Shown one piece after another: positions 25,936 to 35,717 of a stretch of 64,000 bases of DNA. A program made the position numbers and the translations under genes. The notes under the pieces were generated by a model that saw nothing but the letters and a program-made list of their open reading frames with translations, made no database searches and was not told the origin of the DNA. Every line of letters starts with the position of its first letter. Position 1 is the stretch's first letter. This DNA comes from Squalus acanthias (lineage: Eukaryota), in contig CM059432.1 of assembly GCA_030390025.1 (NCBI GenBank), positions 118,732,001-118,796,000 of the forward strand, in the 5' to 3' direction.

Positions 25936-26240
25936 AAATTAAATAAATCTGTTGGACTATAACCTGGTGTTGTGCGACTTCTCATTTTTATTCTATTCCA
26001 TGCAGCAATGCCTGCTGTGGCTCCTATTCCTACCCATTCTCCGAGTCCTCACTTCCTTCTTCTACTTTTGGTCCCATTTCCTTCCTCTATCATCGGTTGG
26101 TACCATGGTTCATTGATAGGTGGCCAGGATTTGTCAATGTCTTTTCCCGCATTCCTTTCTACAATATCCTTAAAGGAGGTGAGTGACTATCAGGTAAGCT
26201 CTTTTTTGTTCTAGTTTAATCTGCAAGTTAGCTGGAGGGG

Positions 26241-27167
26241 ATGGCAGGGGAGGCAGTGAAATGTTCCTCCTGCAGAATGTTTGAGGTGAGGGACGCCGTA
26301 GGTGTCCCTGCTGATTACACCTGTGGGAAGTGCACCCATCTCCAGCTCCTCGAAAACCGTGTTAGGGAACTGGAGCTGGAGCTGGATGAACTTCGGATCA
26401 TTCGGGAGGCAGAGGAGGTCATAGATAGAAGCTTCAGGGATATAATTACTCCAAAGCATGAAGATAGATGGGTGACGGTGAGAGGGGCTAGGAGGAAGCA
26501 GTCAGTGCAGGGATCCTCTGTGGTCGTTCCCCTCAGTAACAGGTATACCGCTTTGAATACTGTTGAGGGGGACGACTTACCAGTGGTAAGCCATGGTGAC
26601 CGGATCTCCGGCGCTGGGTCCATCCCTGTGGCTCAGAAGGGAAGGGGGGAGAGCAGGAGAGCAATAGTTATTGGGGACTCAATAGTCAGAGGGACAGATA
26701 GGAGGTTCTGTGGCAGCAAAAGAGACTCACGGATGGTATGTTGCCTCCCGGGTGCCAGGGTCCGTGACGTCTCGGACCGTGTTTTCAGAATCCTCAAAGG
26801 GGAGGGGGAACAATCACAAGTCGTGGTACACATCGGTACCAACGACATAGGTAGGAGAAGGGACGGGGATTTAAAACAGGAATTTAGGGAGCTAGGTTGG
26901 AAGCTGAGAGCCAGTACAAACCATGTTGTAATTTCTGGTTTGTTGCCGGTGCCACGTGCTAGCGAGTTGAGGAACAGGGAGAGAGTGCAGATAAACACGT
27001 GGCTGCAGGGATGGTGTAGCGGGGAGGGTTTCAGTTATGTGGATAATTGGAGCACATTCTGGGGAAGGTGGGACCTGTACAAACAGGACGGTTTGCACCT
27101 GAACCAGAGGGGCACCAATATCCTGGGAGGGAAATTTGCTACGGCTCTTCGGGGGGGTTTAAACTAA
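26241..27167 (+). CDS. CR1 ORF1p: Zn finger/leucine zipper plus SGNH (GDSL-like) esterase
   Basis: CSSC..CGKC, LENRVRELELEL, IVIGDSIVRG, HIGTND, DGLHLN; uninterrupted 308 aa. Confidence 0.92.
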   Translation: MAGEAVKCSSCRMFEVRDAVGVPADYTCGKCTHLQLLENRVRELELELDELRIIREAEEVIDRSFRDIITPKHEDRWVTVRGARRKQSVQGSSVVVPLSNRYTALNTVEGDDLPVVSHGDRISGAGSIPVAQKGRGESRRAIVIGDSIVRGTDRRFCGSKRDSRMVCCLPGARVRDVSDRVFRILKGEGEQSQVVVHIGTNDIGRRRDGDLKQEFRELGWKLRASTNHVVISGLLPVPRASELRNRERVQINTWLQGWCSGEGFSYVDNWSTFWGRWDLYKQDGLHLNQRGTNILGGKFATALRGGLN

Positions 27168-30064
27168 TTTGTCAGGGGGATGGGAAAAAGGGCTGTAGTC
27201 CAGGAGCCAGTGGTGAGTGTAGGGAGGTACTGAGGAGGGTATCAAGGTCGCAGGAATGTACCGGCAGACAGGAAGATGGCTTGAAGTGTGTCTACTTCAA
27301 TGCAAGGAGCATCCGGAATAAGGTAGGAGAACTTGGAGCGTGGATTGGTACTTGGGACTACGATGTGGTGGCCATTACGGAGACATGGTTAGAACAGGGA
27401 CAGGAATGGTTGTTGGAAGTTCCGGGGTATAGATGTTTCAGTAAGAGTAGGGAAGTTGGTAAGAAAGGTGGAGGAGTAGCATTGTTAATCAAGGATAGTT
27501 TAACAGCGGCAGAAAGGCAGTTCGAGGGGGATCTGCCGTCTGAGGTAATATGGGCTGAAGTTAGAAATAGGAAAGGAGCGGTCACGTTGTTAGGAGTTTT
27601 CTACAGGCCCCCAAATAGTAATAGAGATGTGGAGGAAGAAATTGCAAAGCAGATTATGAATAGGTGTGGAGGTCACAGAGTAGTTGTCATGGGTGACTTC
27701 AACTTTCCAAATATTGATTGGAACCTTTATAGGTCAAACAGTTCGGATGGGATAGTTTTTGCACAGTGTGTGCAGGAGGGTTTCCTGACACAATATGTGG
27801 ATAGGCCGACAAGAGCTGGGGCCACGTTGGATTTGGTACTGGGTAATGAACCGGGCCAAGTGTTTGATTTGTATGTGGGAGAGCACTTTGGAGATAGTGA
27901 CCACAATTCGGTAACTTTCACTATTGCAATGGAGAGGGATAGGGCCATACGGCAGGGCAGGGTTTATAATTGGGGGAAGGGTAATTATGATGCGATTAGG
28001 CAAGAATTAGGGAGTATAAGATGGGAACAGAAACTATCAGGGAAAGGCACAAACGAAAAGTGGAGCTTTTTCATGGAGCAATTACTGCGTGTCCTTGATA
28101 GGTATGTCCCTGTCAGGCAGGGAGGAAATGGCCGAGTGAGAGAACCATGGTTCACAAAAGAGGTTGAATGTCTAGTCAAGAGGAAAAAGGAAGCGTATGT
28201 AAGGATGAGAAAACAAGGTTCAGTTGGGTCGATTGAGGGGTACAAGGTAGCAAGGAATGAGCTAAAAAAAGAGCTTAGGAGAGCTAGGAGGGGGCATGAG
28301 AAGTCCTTGGCGGGTCGGATCAAGAAAAACCCCAAGGCCTTTTACTCTTATGTGAGAAATAAAAGAATGACCAGGGTGAGGGTAGGGCCGGTCAAGGACA
28401 GTAGTGGGAACTTGTGCATGGAGTCAGAAGAAATAGGAGAGGTGATGAATGAATACTTTTCGTCAGTGTTCACTGAGGAGAGGGGCCATGTTCTTGAGGA
28501 TGAGAGTGTGATAAAGGTGGATAGGCTGGAGGTGGTAGATGTTCTGAGGGAAGATGTTTTAGCAATTTTGAAGAACCTGAGGGTCGATAAGTCCCCTGGG
28601 CCAGATGGGATATATCCTAGGATTATTTGGGAGGCAAGGGAGGAGATTGCAGAGCCTCTGGCTTTGATCTTTGGGTCCTCACTGTCCACGGGAATGGTGC
28701 CAGAGGACTGGAGAGTGGCAAATGTTGTTCCTCTCTTCATGAAAGGAAATAGGAATGACCCTGGTAATTATAGGCCGGTTAGTCTTACTTCGGTGGTTGG
28801 TAAGATAATGGAAAAGGTCCTGAGGGATAGGATTTATGACCATTTGGAAAGGGGCAACTTAATCAGGGATAGTCAACACGGATTCGTGAAGGGTAAGTCT
28901 TGCCTAACAAATTTGATTGAATTCTTTGAGGAGGTAACTAAGTGCGTAGATGAAGGTAGAGCAGTTGATGTCGTATACATGGATTTTAGTAAGGCGTTTG
29001 ATAAGGTTCCCCATGGTCGGCTCATGAAGAAAGTAAGGAGTTGTGGGATAGAGGGAAATTTGGCCGATTGGATAAGTAACTGGCTATCTCATAGAAGGCA
29101 GAGGGTGGTGGTGGATGGAACATTTTCGGACTGGAGACCAGTTACCAGCGGTGTGCCACAGGGGTCGGTGCTGGGTCCTCTGCTGTTTGTGATTTTTATC
29201 AATGACTTGGAGGAGGGGACTGAAGGGTGGATTAGTAAATTTGCTGATGACACCAAGATTGGTGGAGCAGTGGATGAGGTGGAGGGCTGTTGTCGGCTGC
29301 AAAGAGACATTGATAGGATGCAGAGCTGGGCCGAAAAATGGCAGATGGAATTTAACCCTGATAAGTGCGAGGTGATTCATTTTGGTAGGGTAAATTTGAA
29401 TAAGGATTACAGGGTCAACGGCAGTGTTCTGAGGAACGTGGAGGAGCAGAGGGATCTGGGGATTCCTATCCACAGATCTCTGAAGGTTGCCACTCAAGTG
29501 GATAGAGCAGTAAAGTAGGCCTATGGTGTGTTGGCGTTTATTAACAGAGGGTTTGAGTTTAAGAACCGTGAGGTTATGCTGCAACTGTACAGGACCTTGG
29601 TGAGACCACATTTGGAATATTGTGTGCAGTTCTGGTCACCTCACTATAGGAAGGACGTGGAAGCATTGGAAAGAGTGCAAAGGAGATTTACCAGGATGCT
29701 GCCTGGTTTGGGGGGGAGGTCTTATGAGGAAAGATTGAGGGAGTTGGGGCTTTTCTCTTTAGAGCGGAGGAGGATGAGAGGCGACTTAATAGAGGTTTAT
29801 AAGATGATGAGGGGGATAGATAGAGTGGATGTTCAGAGACTATTTCCTCGGGTAGAGGCAGCTGTTACAAGGGGGCATAACTATAAGGTGCATGGGGGGA
29901 GATATAGAAGGGATGTCCGAGGTAGATTCTTTACTCAGAGAGTGGTTGGGGTGTGGAATGAACTGCCTGCTGTGATAGTGGAGTCGGACACTTTAGGAAC
30001 TTTCAAGCGGTTATTGGATAAGCACATGGAGCACACCAGAGTGATAGGGAGTGTGATAGCTTGA
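27168..30064 (+). pseudogene. CR1 ORF2p endonuclease-reverse transcriptase, single premature stop (TAG 29516-29518)
   Basis: [42 protein letters not shown]; same frame continues after the stop. Confidence 0.93.
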
Positions 30065-30273
30065 TCTTGGTCTCGGACAATGCTCGGCACAACATCGAGG
30101 GCCGAAGGGCCTGTACTGTGCTGTACTGTTCTAGGTTTCTATGTTTCTATTTGTCTCACCAGATAACTGTATAATAGCTCATGTGCATGGTTGCACAGGC
30201 CCTTTGGCATTTGGACCGCTGAAAGACTAAACATTACTGGGCCAAGCTCATATCTAACATCATTATACAGAAG

Positions 30274-30425
30274 TGAGAAGTCGCACAACACCAGGTTATA
30301 GTCCAACAGTTTTATTTGAAATCACAAGCTTTCAGAGCGGCTGCTCCTTCGTCAGGTGAAGTGAAGAAATACAAATGAGCACAGCATATATAGACAGAGA
30401 TCAATGCCTGTGCAGAGAACAATGT
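30274..30425 (-). mobile_element. Second Penelope pLTR fragment
   Basis: TGAGAAGTCGCACAACACCAGGTTATAGTCCAACAG is shared with 25252-25287. Confidence 0.8.
30323..30358 (-). ncRNA. Minimal hammerhead ribozyme motif
   Basis: Reverse complement reads CAC-CTGACGA-A-GGAGC-AGCC-GCTCT-GAAA-GCTT-GTG. Confidence 0.7.
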
Positions 30426-31173
30426 CAGACGACTACATTTAATGTATTTTGCTTTTGTATTTCTTCCTTGTTGCTGGTTTTATTTACCATGATCTCTTCT
30501 CTCATTTGTGTTATTACAATAACCACCCCCCCTCCGCTGCTAACACACCATCCTGCACAGCATCATGGGTTATTTCCCGTATTATTTTCTTGTCACTTGG
30601 CTTTCCACTGGTATTCCCCTTCATGTCTCGGCCAAAAGGATGGCCAATTCAAGTCATAGTCCTTAATGTCCCATTTTTCGCTCTTTACTTCATAGGGTAT
30701 CCCAATGAGTCCAGTTTGAACCAATGTTGTGGATACCTTCCGACACCATCCCGGGGCTTTGCCTTCCGGTGCCTCTGGGTTGTATCCCTATGCTGCAATG
30801 CACTTCTACCCGAACTCCATTTCCTTCAGGAACCAAAAGGTGGTGCTTCCAAGTGGTAACCGTCAGTCGGCGTACCACACATCCCTCGTATATGAATTTT
30901 ACTTCGCATATTTCCTTCAAAACTCGATATGATATACCATCGCCATTGGTATTGTAGTATTCCAACCAGTTCGTAGAGATTGGAGAGGTATTCGAGTGCC
31001 TTATGAATATGATGACCCCCAGCAGGAGGGTTTGATGACGGATGCAGCGTGTTACATGCTTCGTTATGATTATTAACTGGTTGTACAAGGCAAAATATGC
31101 AATATTTACTCTTTCACAGTTTTCAACTGATTCATATGGTACCATTTAGTCACCTTGGCTGCCCCTTTTTTCT

Positions 31174-34100
31174 TCAGGAATTGCACCAGATAGACCGAGT
31201 GCTGGCCCTGTCAATAATCGAGAAGGGGCCATTCCACTTTGGTTCGAAGCAATGTTGCTTCTTCCCATAGTTCAGTACCAACCCGGCATCTCCCACCTGA
31301 TATTCAAATGGTCGGACTTTCTTGTCGAAGTATTTTTTTGCCTGGCTCCTTGACTTGCCTATCCGTCTGGCTACAAACATGTTAGTTTGTTCTATGTTTT
31401 CTACCATCATTTCAAGCCATTTTTGGTTGGCAATTCCCTGTACTAAGGGTGTGGCTGAAGGGGTTAACAGATGGGCTGGCATTCACATTAGTCGCCCGGT
31501 CATAGTAGGGTGAGATAACCGTTGTGCTATGCGGGGTGGATCTAATAGCCATTAGACACATTGGCAGCATGCCGGACCATTTGGTGGGGTGATCTGCACA
31601 AAATTTGTTTAACATAGTTTTCAGAGTTCGGTTTCCTCTTTCCACCATTCCGGATGACTATGGGTGATGTGAAGTTTGTGCGAGATACCATTATCCGTTG
31701 TAGTTCGGTAAAAATTTGGCTGGTAAAGTGTGATCCCTGATCACTATCAACTTGAATTGGCACTCTCCACCTGCAGATCACCTCAACAATAAAAGGCGAG
31801 CTGCTGTCAATGCAGTGTTTGTTTTACATGGAAGAGCCTCCATCCATTTAGTAAATTTATCAACTATAACCAGACAATACCGCAAGTCAGAAGGTCCTGT
31901 AGGTAGAGGGCCTATGAAGTCAATTTGAAGATGGGTCCACAGCCCATCGGGAGGAGGGGGAATCGCAACAGTACCCGATTAGTGTGGGCACTTGGATTGT
32001 GCTGTGAACAGGGTAGACAACGATTCACCCTATGAGTGACATCTGTGATGCAATCCGGAAACCATGCAAATTTGCGTAGTTTCTGAACAGTTTCATCAGC
32101 TGAATAGTGCCCTCCTACCGGGTGTGAGTGCAGGAGATCAAAAATTTCAGGTGCCATGGATGGGGGAACACAGACAACCAGGAGATCAGATGATAGCCAC
32201 TGCAAGCTGCGGTTGTACATTAACAAGGGAGCAGCTTCCCCAGACTGATCCGGAGCCAATTGTGTGTCCGCAGCCCATGGACTGGGCTGTGGTAAAGGAC
32301 ATCCATTCTGATGCCATGCGATAACAACCACATAGGGGAGATAACTGGACTGGAGGGAGGCGAGGTCAGAACCCTCACTCTGAACACTTGAAACCGATCT
32401 TACGGGAGGGGTAGGAGCTTGCCAGAGGTTACCGTTAACGGCGGCGTCTTTCGCAGCACCATCCACGTGTGAGTTACCCTGGGCGTGTATGTCCGAAGAA
32501 CACGAGTGAGACTTAACCTTACCAACATAGACAGGGGCTGATCGTGAATTTAAAGAGTCCCAAAGGGAAGCAAAGAGGTATTCCGAGCATACAGCGGTAA
32601 AGATAGCAAAGTGTTAATCGCATAGGCACTATCGGACCAGACATTAACAGGTATATCATGAGTAATTTGGATCGCTGTCACCAGGGATGCAACTTTAGCA
32701 TATTGGGCAGAGTGAGGAATGCATTTATACTTAAGTTCTTGGTCAGGCATGACTACTGCAAATCTAGTAAGGGGCTTTCCATCCCTGTGATAGGATGACC
32801 CAACAGTGTAGGCGTTCTGGGCATCACTTAGCAGAGTAGGAGAGGAGGGGTGATGGTCGAACGTCAGTGGTGGAAGGGGGCATTCATGGTTTCCCCCCTC
32901 ATACAATCGGAGCTGAGGTAGTAGAGTTGTCTGTCTTGGCGTTATCTCCAAATCTCTCTGAGTTAACAGAAGTGTCCAGTGACTGAGTCGGGCAGAGGAG
33001 ACCAAAGTGTCCCCTGGTTTAAGTAGAAGATTCAAAGGGGTGTGGGGGCTATGTATGATCGTTTTGTTCAGCCCGGTAATAAACGTGAAGTGTTTGACCG
33101 CCCAAAAAGTGGCTAGCAGATGTCGCTCACACACAGTGAAATTCTTTTCCACACCAGTCAAAATACAGGAGGCGTATGCGATTGGCATAAGTTTACCCTA
33201 TACCTCTTGGCACAGAACGGCAGCAAGACTCTGATCGGTGGATCCCACCTCTAGGTGGAAAGACTTATCTCGGTCAGGGCAAATCTAGGTATAAATGAGT
33301 GCTGGTATCCCACTAGGCCCAGGAAGGAGCAAAGTGCAGTTTTGGATGCGGGCAATGGTAAACGCTGAATCACCTCAATCTTATGCTGGTCAGGCCTGAG
33401 TCCCTTTTGTCCCACAGAAACACCGAAAAATGTCACTTCTGGCTGTAACAGTTTTACATTTTTGGGGTAAATTTTCAGCCCAGCTTTTAGAAGAAGGTCT
33501 AATATCTCTTCCATTAATTTAATATGAGTCTGTTTGTCAGGCGTTGCAAGCAAAAGGTCATCAACTTACTGCAGCTGGCAGTCGGGTCTCGAAAAAGGTT
33601 TCAGTGCCTGAGCCATCCGTTTGTGGAATATAGTTGGGGCGTGTGAAAGCCTTGAGGTAAACATGTCCATGTATAACTTTGATCTTCAAAAGTGAAGGCA
33701 AACTTGTACTGATCCTCTGACTTAACAGGGATACTCCAGAAGCCGTTTGAAATGTCAAAGGTGGAGAAGTGGCAGCTACCTGGTGGAATCTGGGACAAGA
33801 GAGTGGTGGTCTCACGGACGACTGGGGCACAAGCTGGGGTTACCGAATTAAGCTTACGATAATCAATTGTTAAACGCCAACTATCGTCGGGTTTCTTAAC
33901 TGGCCAGGTTGGAGAATTAGTGATAAAAGTGCCAGTGTGGATAACACCCTGCTTTAACAACAAATCAATAGTAGCCCGAACATAAGGTTTACTCTCAGCT
34001 GGAATGGCATCCTGCTTAATCAGAGGGTGGGGAGGTCCATTAATCTCCTCATCTCCTGACATTCTACCACAATCATGTTTGGATTTAGCAAAAACATCTG

Positions 34101-34250
34101 AAAATTTATGAATCAGCGTATTAACCACGGGGTCTTCAGTCCCAGGAAGGGTGAAGTACTCGGGTTCTTTAATCGCGTATACCGAGTGGGCATCAGAAAC
34201 AGGCTTGATGGTTTTACACGGTGTTTTAACATTAGAGACAGAAGTGCTGC
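31174..34250 (-). pseudogene. pol: pol of inner provirus: RT, tether (degenerate RNase H), RNase H, integrase
   Basis: NSPTWPVKKPDDSWRLTIDYRKLN, DISNGFW, LPQGF, Q*VDDLLL; PIAYAS..ERHLLATFWAVKHF; YTVGSS..SAQYAK..SDSAY..KVKSH..GN..VDGAAK; HHCC; IDFIGP, SDQGSHFT, VERGNRTLK, WNGPF. Confidence 0.93.
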
Positions 34251-35696
34251 AATTGGTTTACAAGGTAACTTCCATATAACAAAAGAAAGCAGAGAATCCA
34301 TTGTGGCTCTGCTTAAGAATTAAGGGTTAATTTGTAAAATTAATAAACTTAAATTTAATAATGTCCAATATCTTAAAATTTCATTCAGTAATCCTAAATT
34401 TGTTGCTTGGTGAACTTAAACAGCTGTCAGTGGAAAGGGTTAACTCCTTTGCAGGTCTGTAAGAAGGCGGAGCAAATATTGTCAGGCGCTCGCAATTGCG
34501 TCACTTCACGTAAATTTTTTTAAAACTTTCCCGATCGAAAAAGACAGTTGGGTTTTCACAATTTAATAGGTTAGTTTACCTTAATAATTCCAATTTAATT
34601 CAGATCAATATTTTATTAACTAAACACGAACAGAACAGATAAAACGAAACAAAATAGTGCATGCTTGCAGAAAACAGTAAATTATGTCATATTTCTTATT
34701 GTCCTTTCTTCAGATACCTTTCCAAATGACTGTAAAAACACTGAATATAACTGGAGAAAAATTAGATTTTCACATTTAAACAAATCAAATCAAACTGCTT
34801 TGGAAATTTCCACCATAGCCACCGCGACTCCAAGGTTAAATCTTAGACTGAAACTTAATCTTTTGTTAAACAAACTTTTTTTGTTTTCTCAGCTTTTCCA
34901 CACCAGCTTAACTTAAATTGTAGTTCAAAGTTTTCTTTCCAATTCTGGGTGCACAATCTTATTCACACATTCTTAAAACTTCCAAAATCCAAGACAAGAC
35001 TACAAAGGGTTAAATGGCTTTTAGCACAGAAGTGGGTGGAGCTAAAATAAACATAACAGACATTTTCTTTTAAAGACAGACATTCAGACAAAAGCAATAC
35101 TGTCACTTCTTAAACATTCATAGTCAAGTAAACTTTCACTTTTTAACACACACTTTCACTCAAAGTAAAATTCCAGCATTCCTTAACGTTCCTTTCACTC
35201 AGCAATCTTGTGGTTTTTTTTTCTCGGTACAGAAACTTGCTTCATTGTTGGTAAAACTTCAAGTTTCTTTTTTTCCCTCTTTTAAATTGTCTCAGCAACT
35301 TATTCCCTAATTCCCTGTTTTTTTACCTTCCTTGGCTGAGTTTTCAGATGGGTTATCATGCAGCTTAGATTTTTTTTCCTTCTCTATCTCCTGCTTTTTA
35401 TGCTTCAAGTTTCTTCGCATTCATTTGGGATATCTCGTCCAAGCGCTTGGAGTACTACATCCATCCTTTTGGATGACTCCGATAACCTCTTGGCCCCCTG
35501 GACCCCTAACTTCTCTGCGAGACTGTTTATGACTTTACTCTTATAATAATAAGCACCCGCCATTTTGCTTTAGGTTTCAGTGACGAAAAGCACCCACTTT
35601 CGAGGTTTCCTACCCAGTCATCCCGTCTGGCGCCTTGTGGTGACGTTATAGACTGAGTCCGTCTTTAACTCGTTTCTCCACAATAACCCAATTGCA

Positions 35697-35714
35697 GTTC
35701 CTTCGTGATCGCCA
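35697..35714 (-). other. Primer binding site, tRNA-Arg-like
   Basis: TGGCGATCACGAAGGAAC, 3 nt after the 5' LTR; resembles the complement of the vertebrate tRNA-Arg(UCG) 3' end as I recall it (TGGCGACCACGAAGGGAC). Confidence 0.75.
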
Positions 35715-35717
35715 TTT

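Larger units (their letters stand above)
25214..25988. mobile_element. Penelope-like element fragment with inverted pseudo-LTRs
   Basis: ~300-bp inverted repeat (~25247-25551 vs ~25684-25988); GIY-YIG-type C-terminus RQRKIIEQKLIAKFRTHEDGLNRD; 14-bp TSD TATTCTATTCCATG. Confidence 0.88.
26174..30150 (+). mobile_element. Near full-length, young CR1 LINE
   Basis: Intact ORF1; ORF2 with one visible stop; CTGTACTGTTCTA and TTTCTATG tail. Confidence 0.95.
24409..31145 (-). pseudogene. env: env-like class I fusion glycoprotein of inner provirus (split by Penelope and CR1)
   Basis: Manual translation gives LYNDVRYELGPVMFSLS..C (30150-30270), SRRRK*GLGEWVGIGATAGIAAWNRIDIQ (furin site plus fusion peptide, ~26075-25190), coiled coil (24930-25187), HEWWEVAYNASQHPW and TM AALVSAQCLVLIVLILMYCYL. 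Confidence 0.8.

Noticed and set aside
26315..29611. Multiple minus-strand ORFs
   Set aside because: Antisense shadows of CR1 ORF1/ORF2.
35578..35605. TGACGA..hairpin in the proviral leader as a hammerhead
   Set aside because: Lacks the CUGA and GAAA core nucleotides; may simply be a leader stem-loop.
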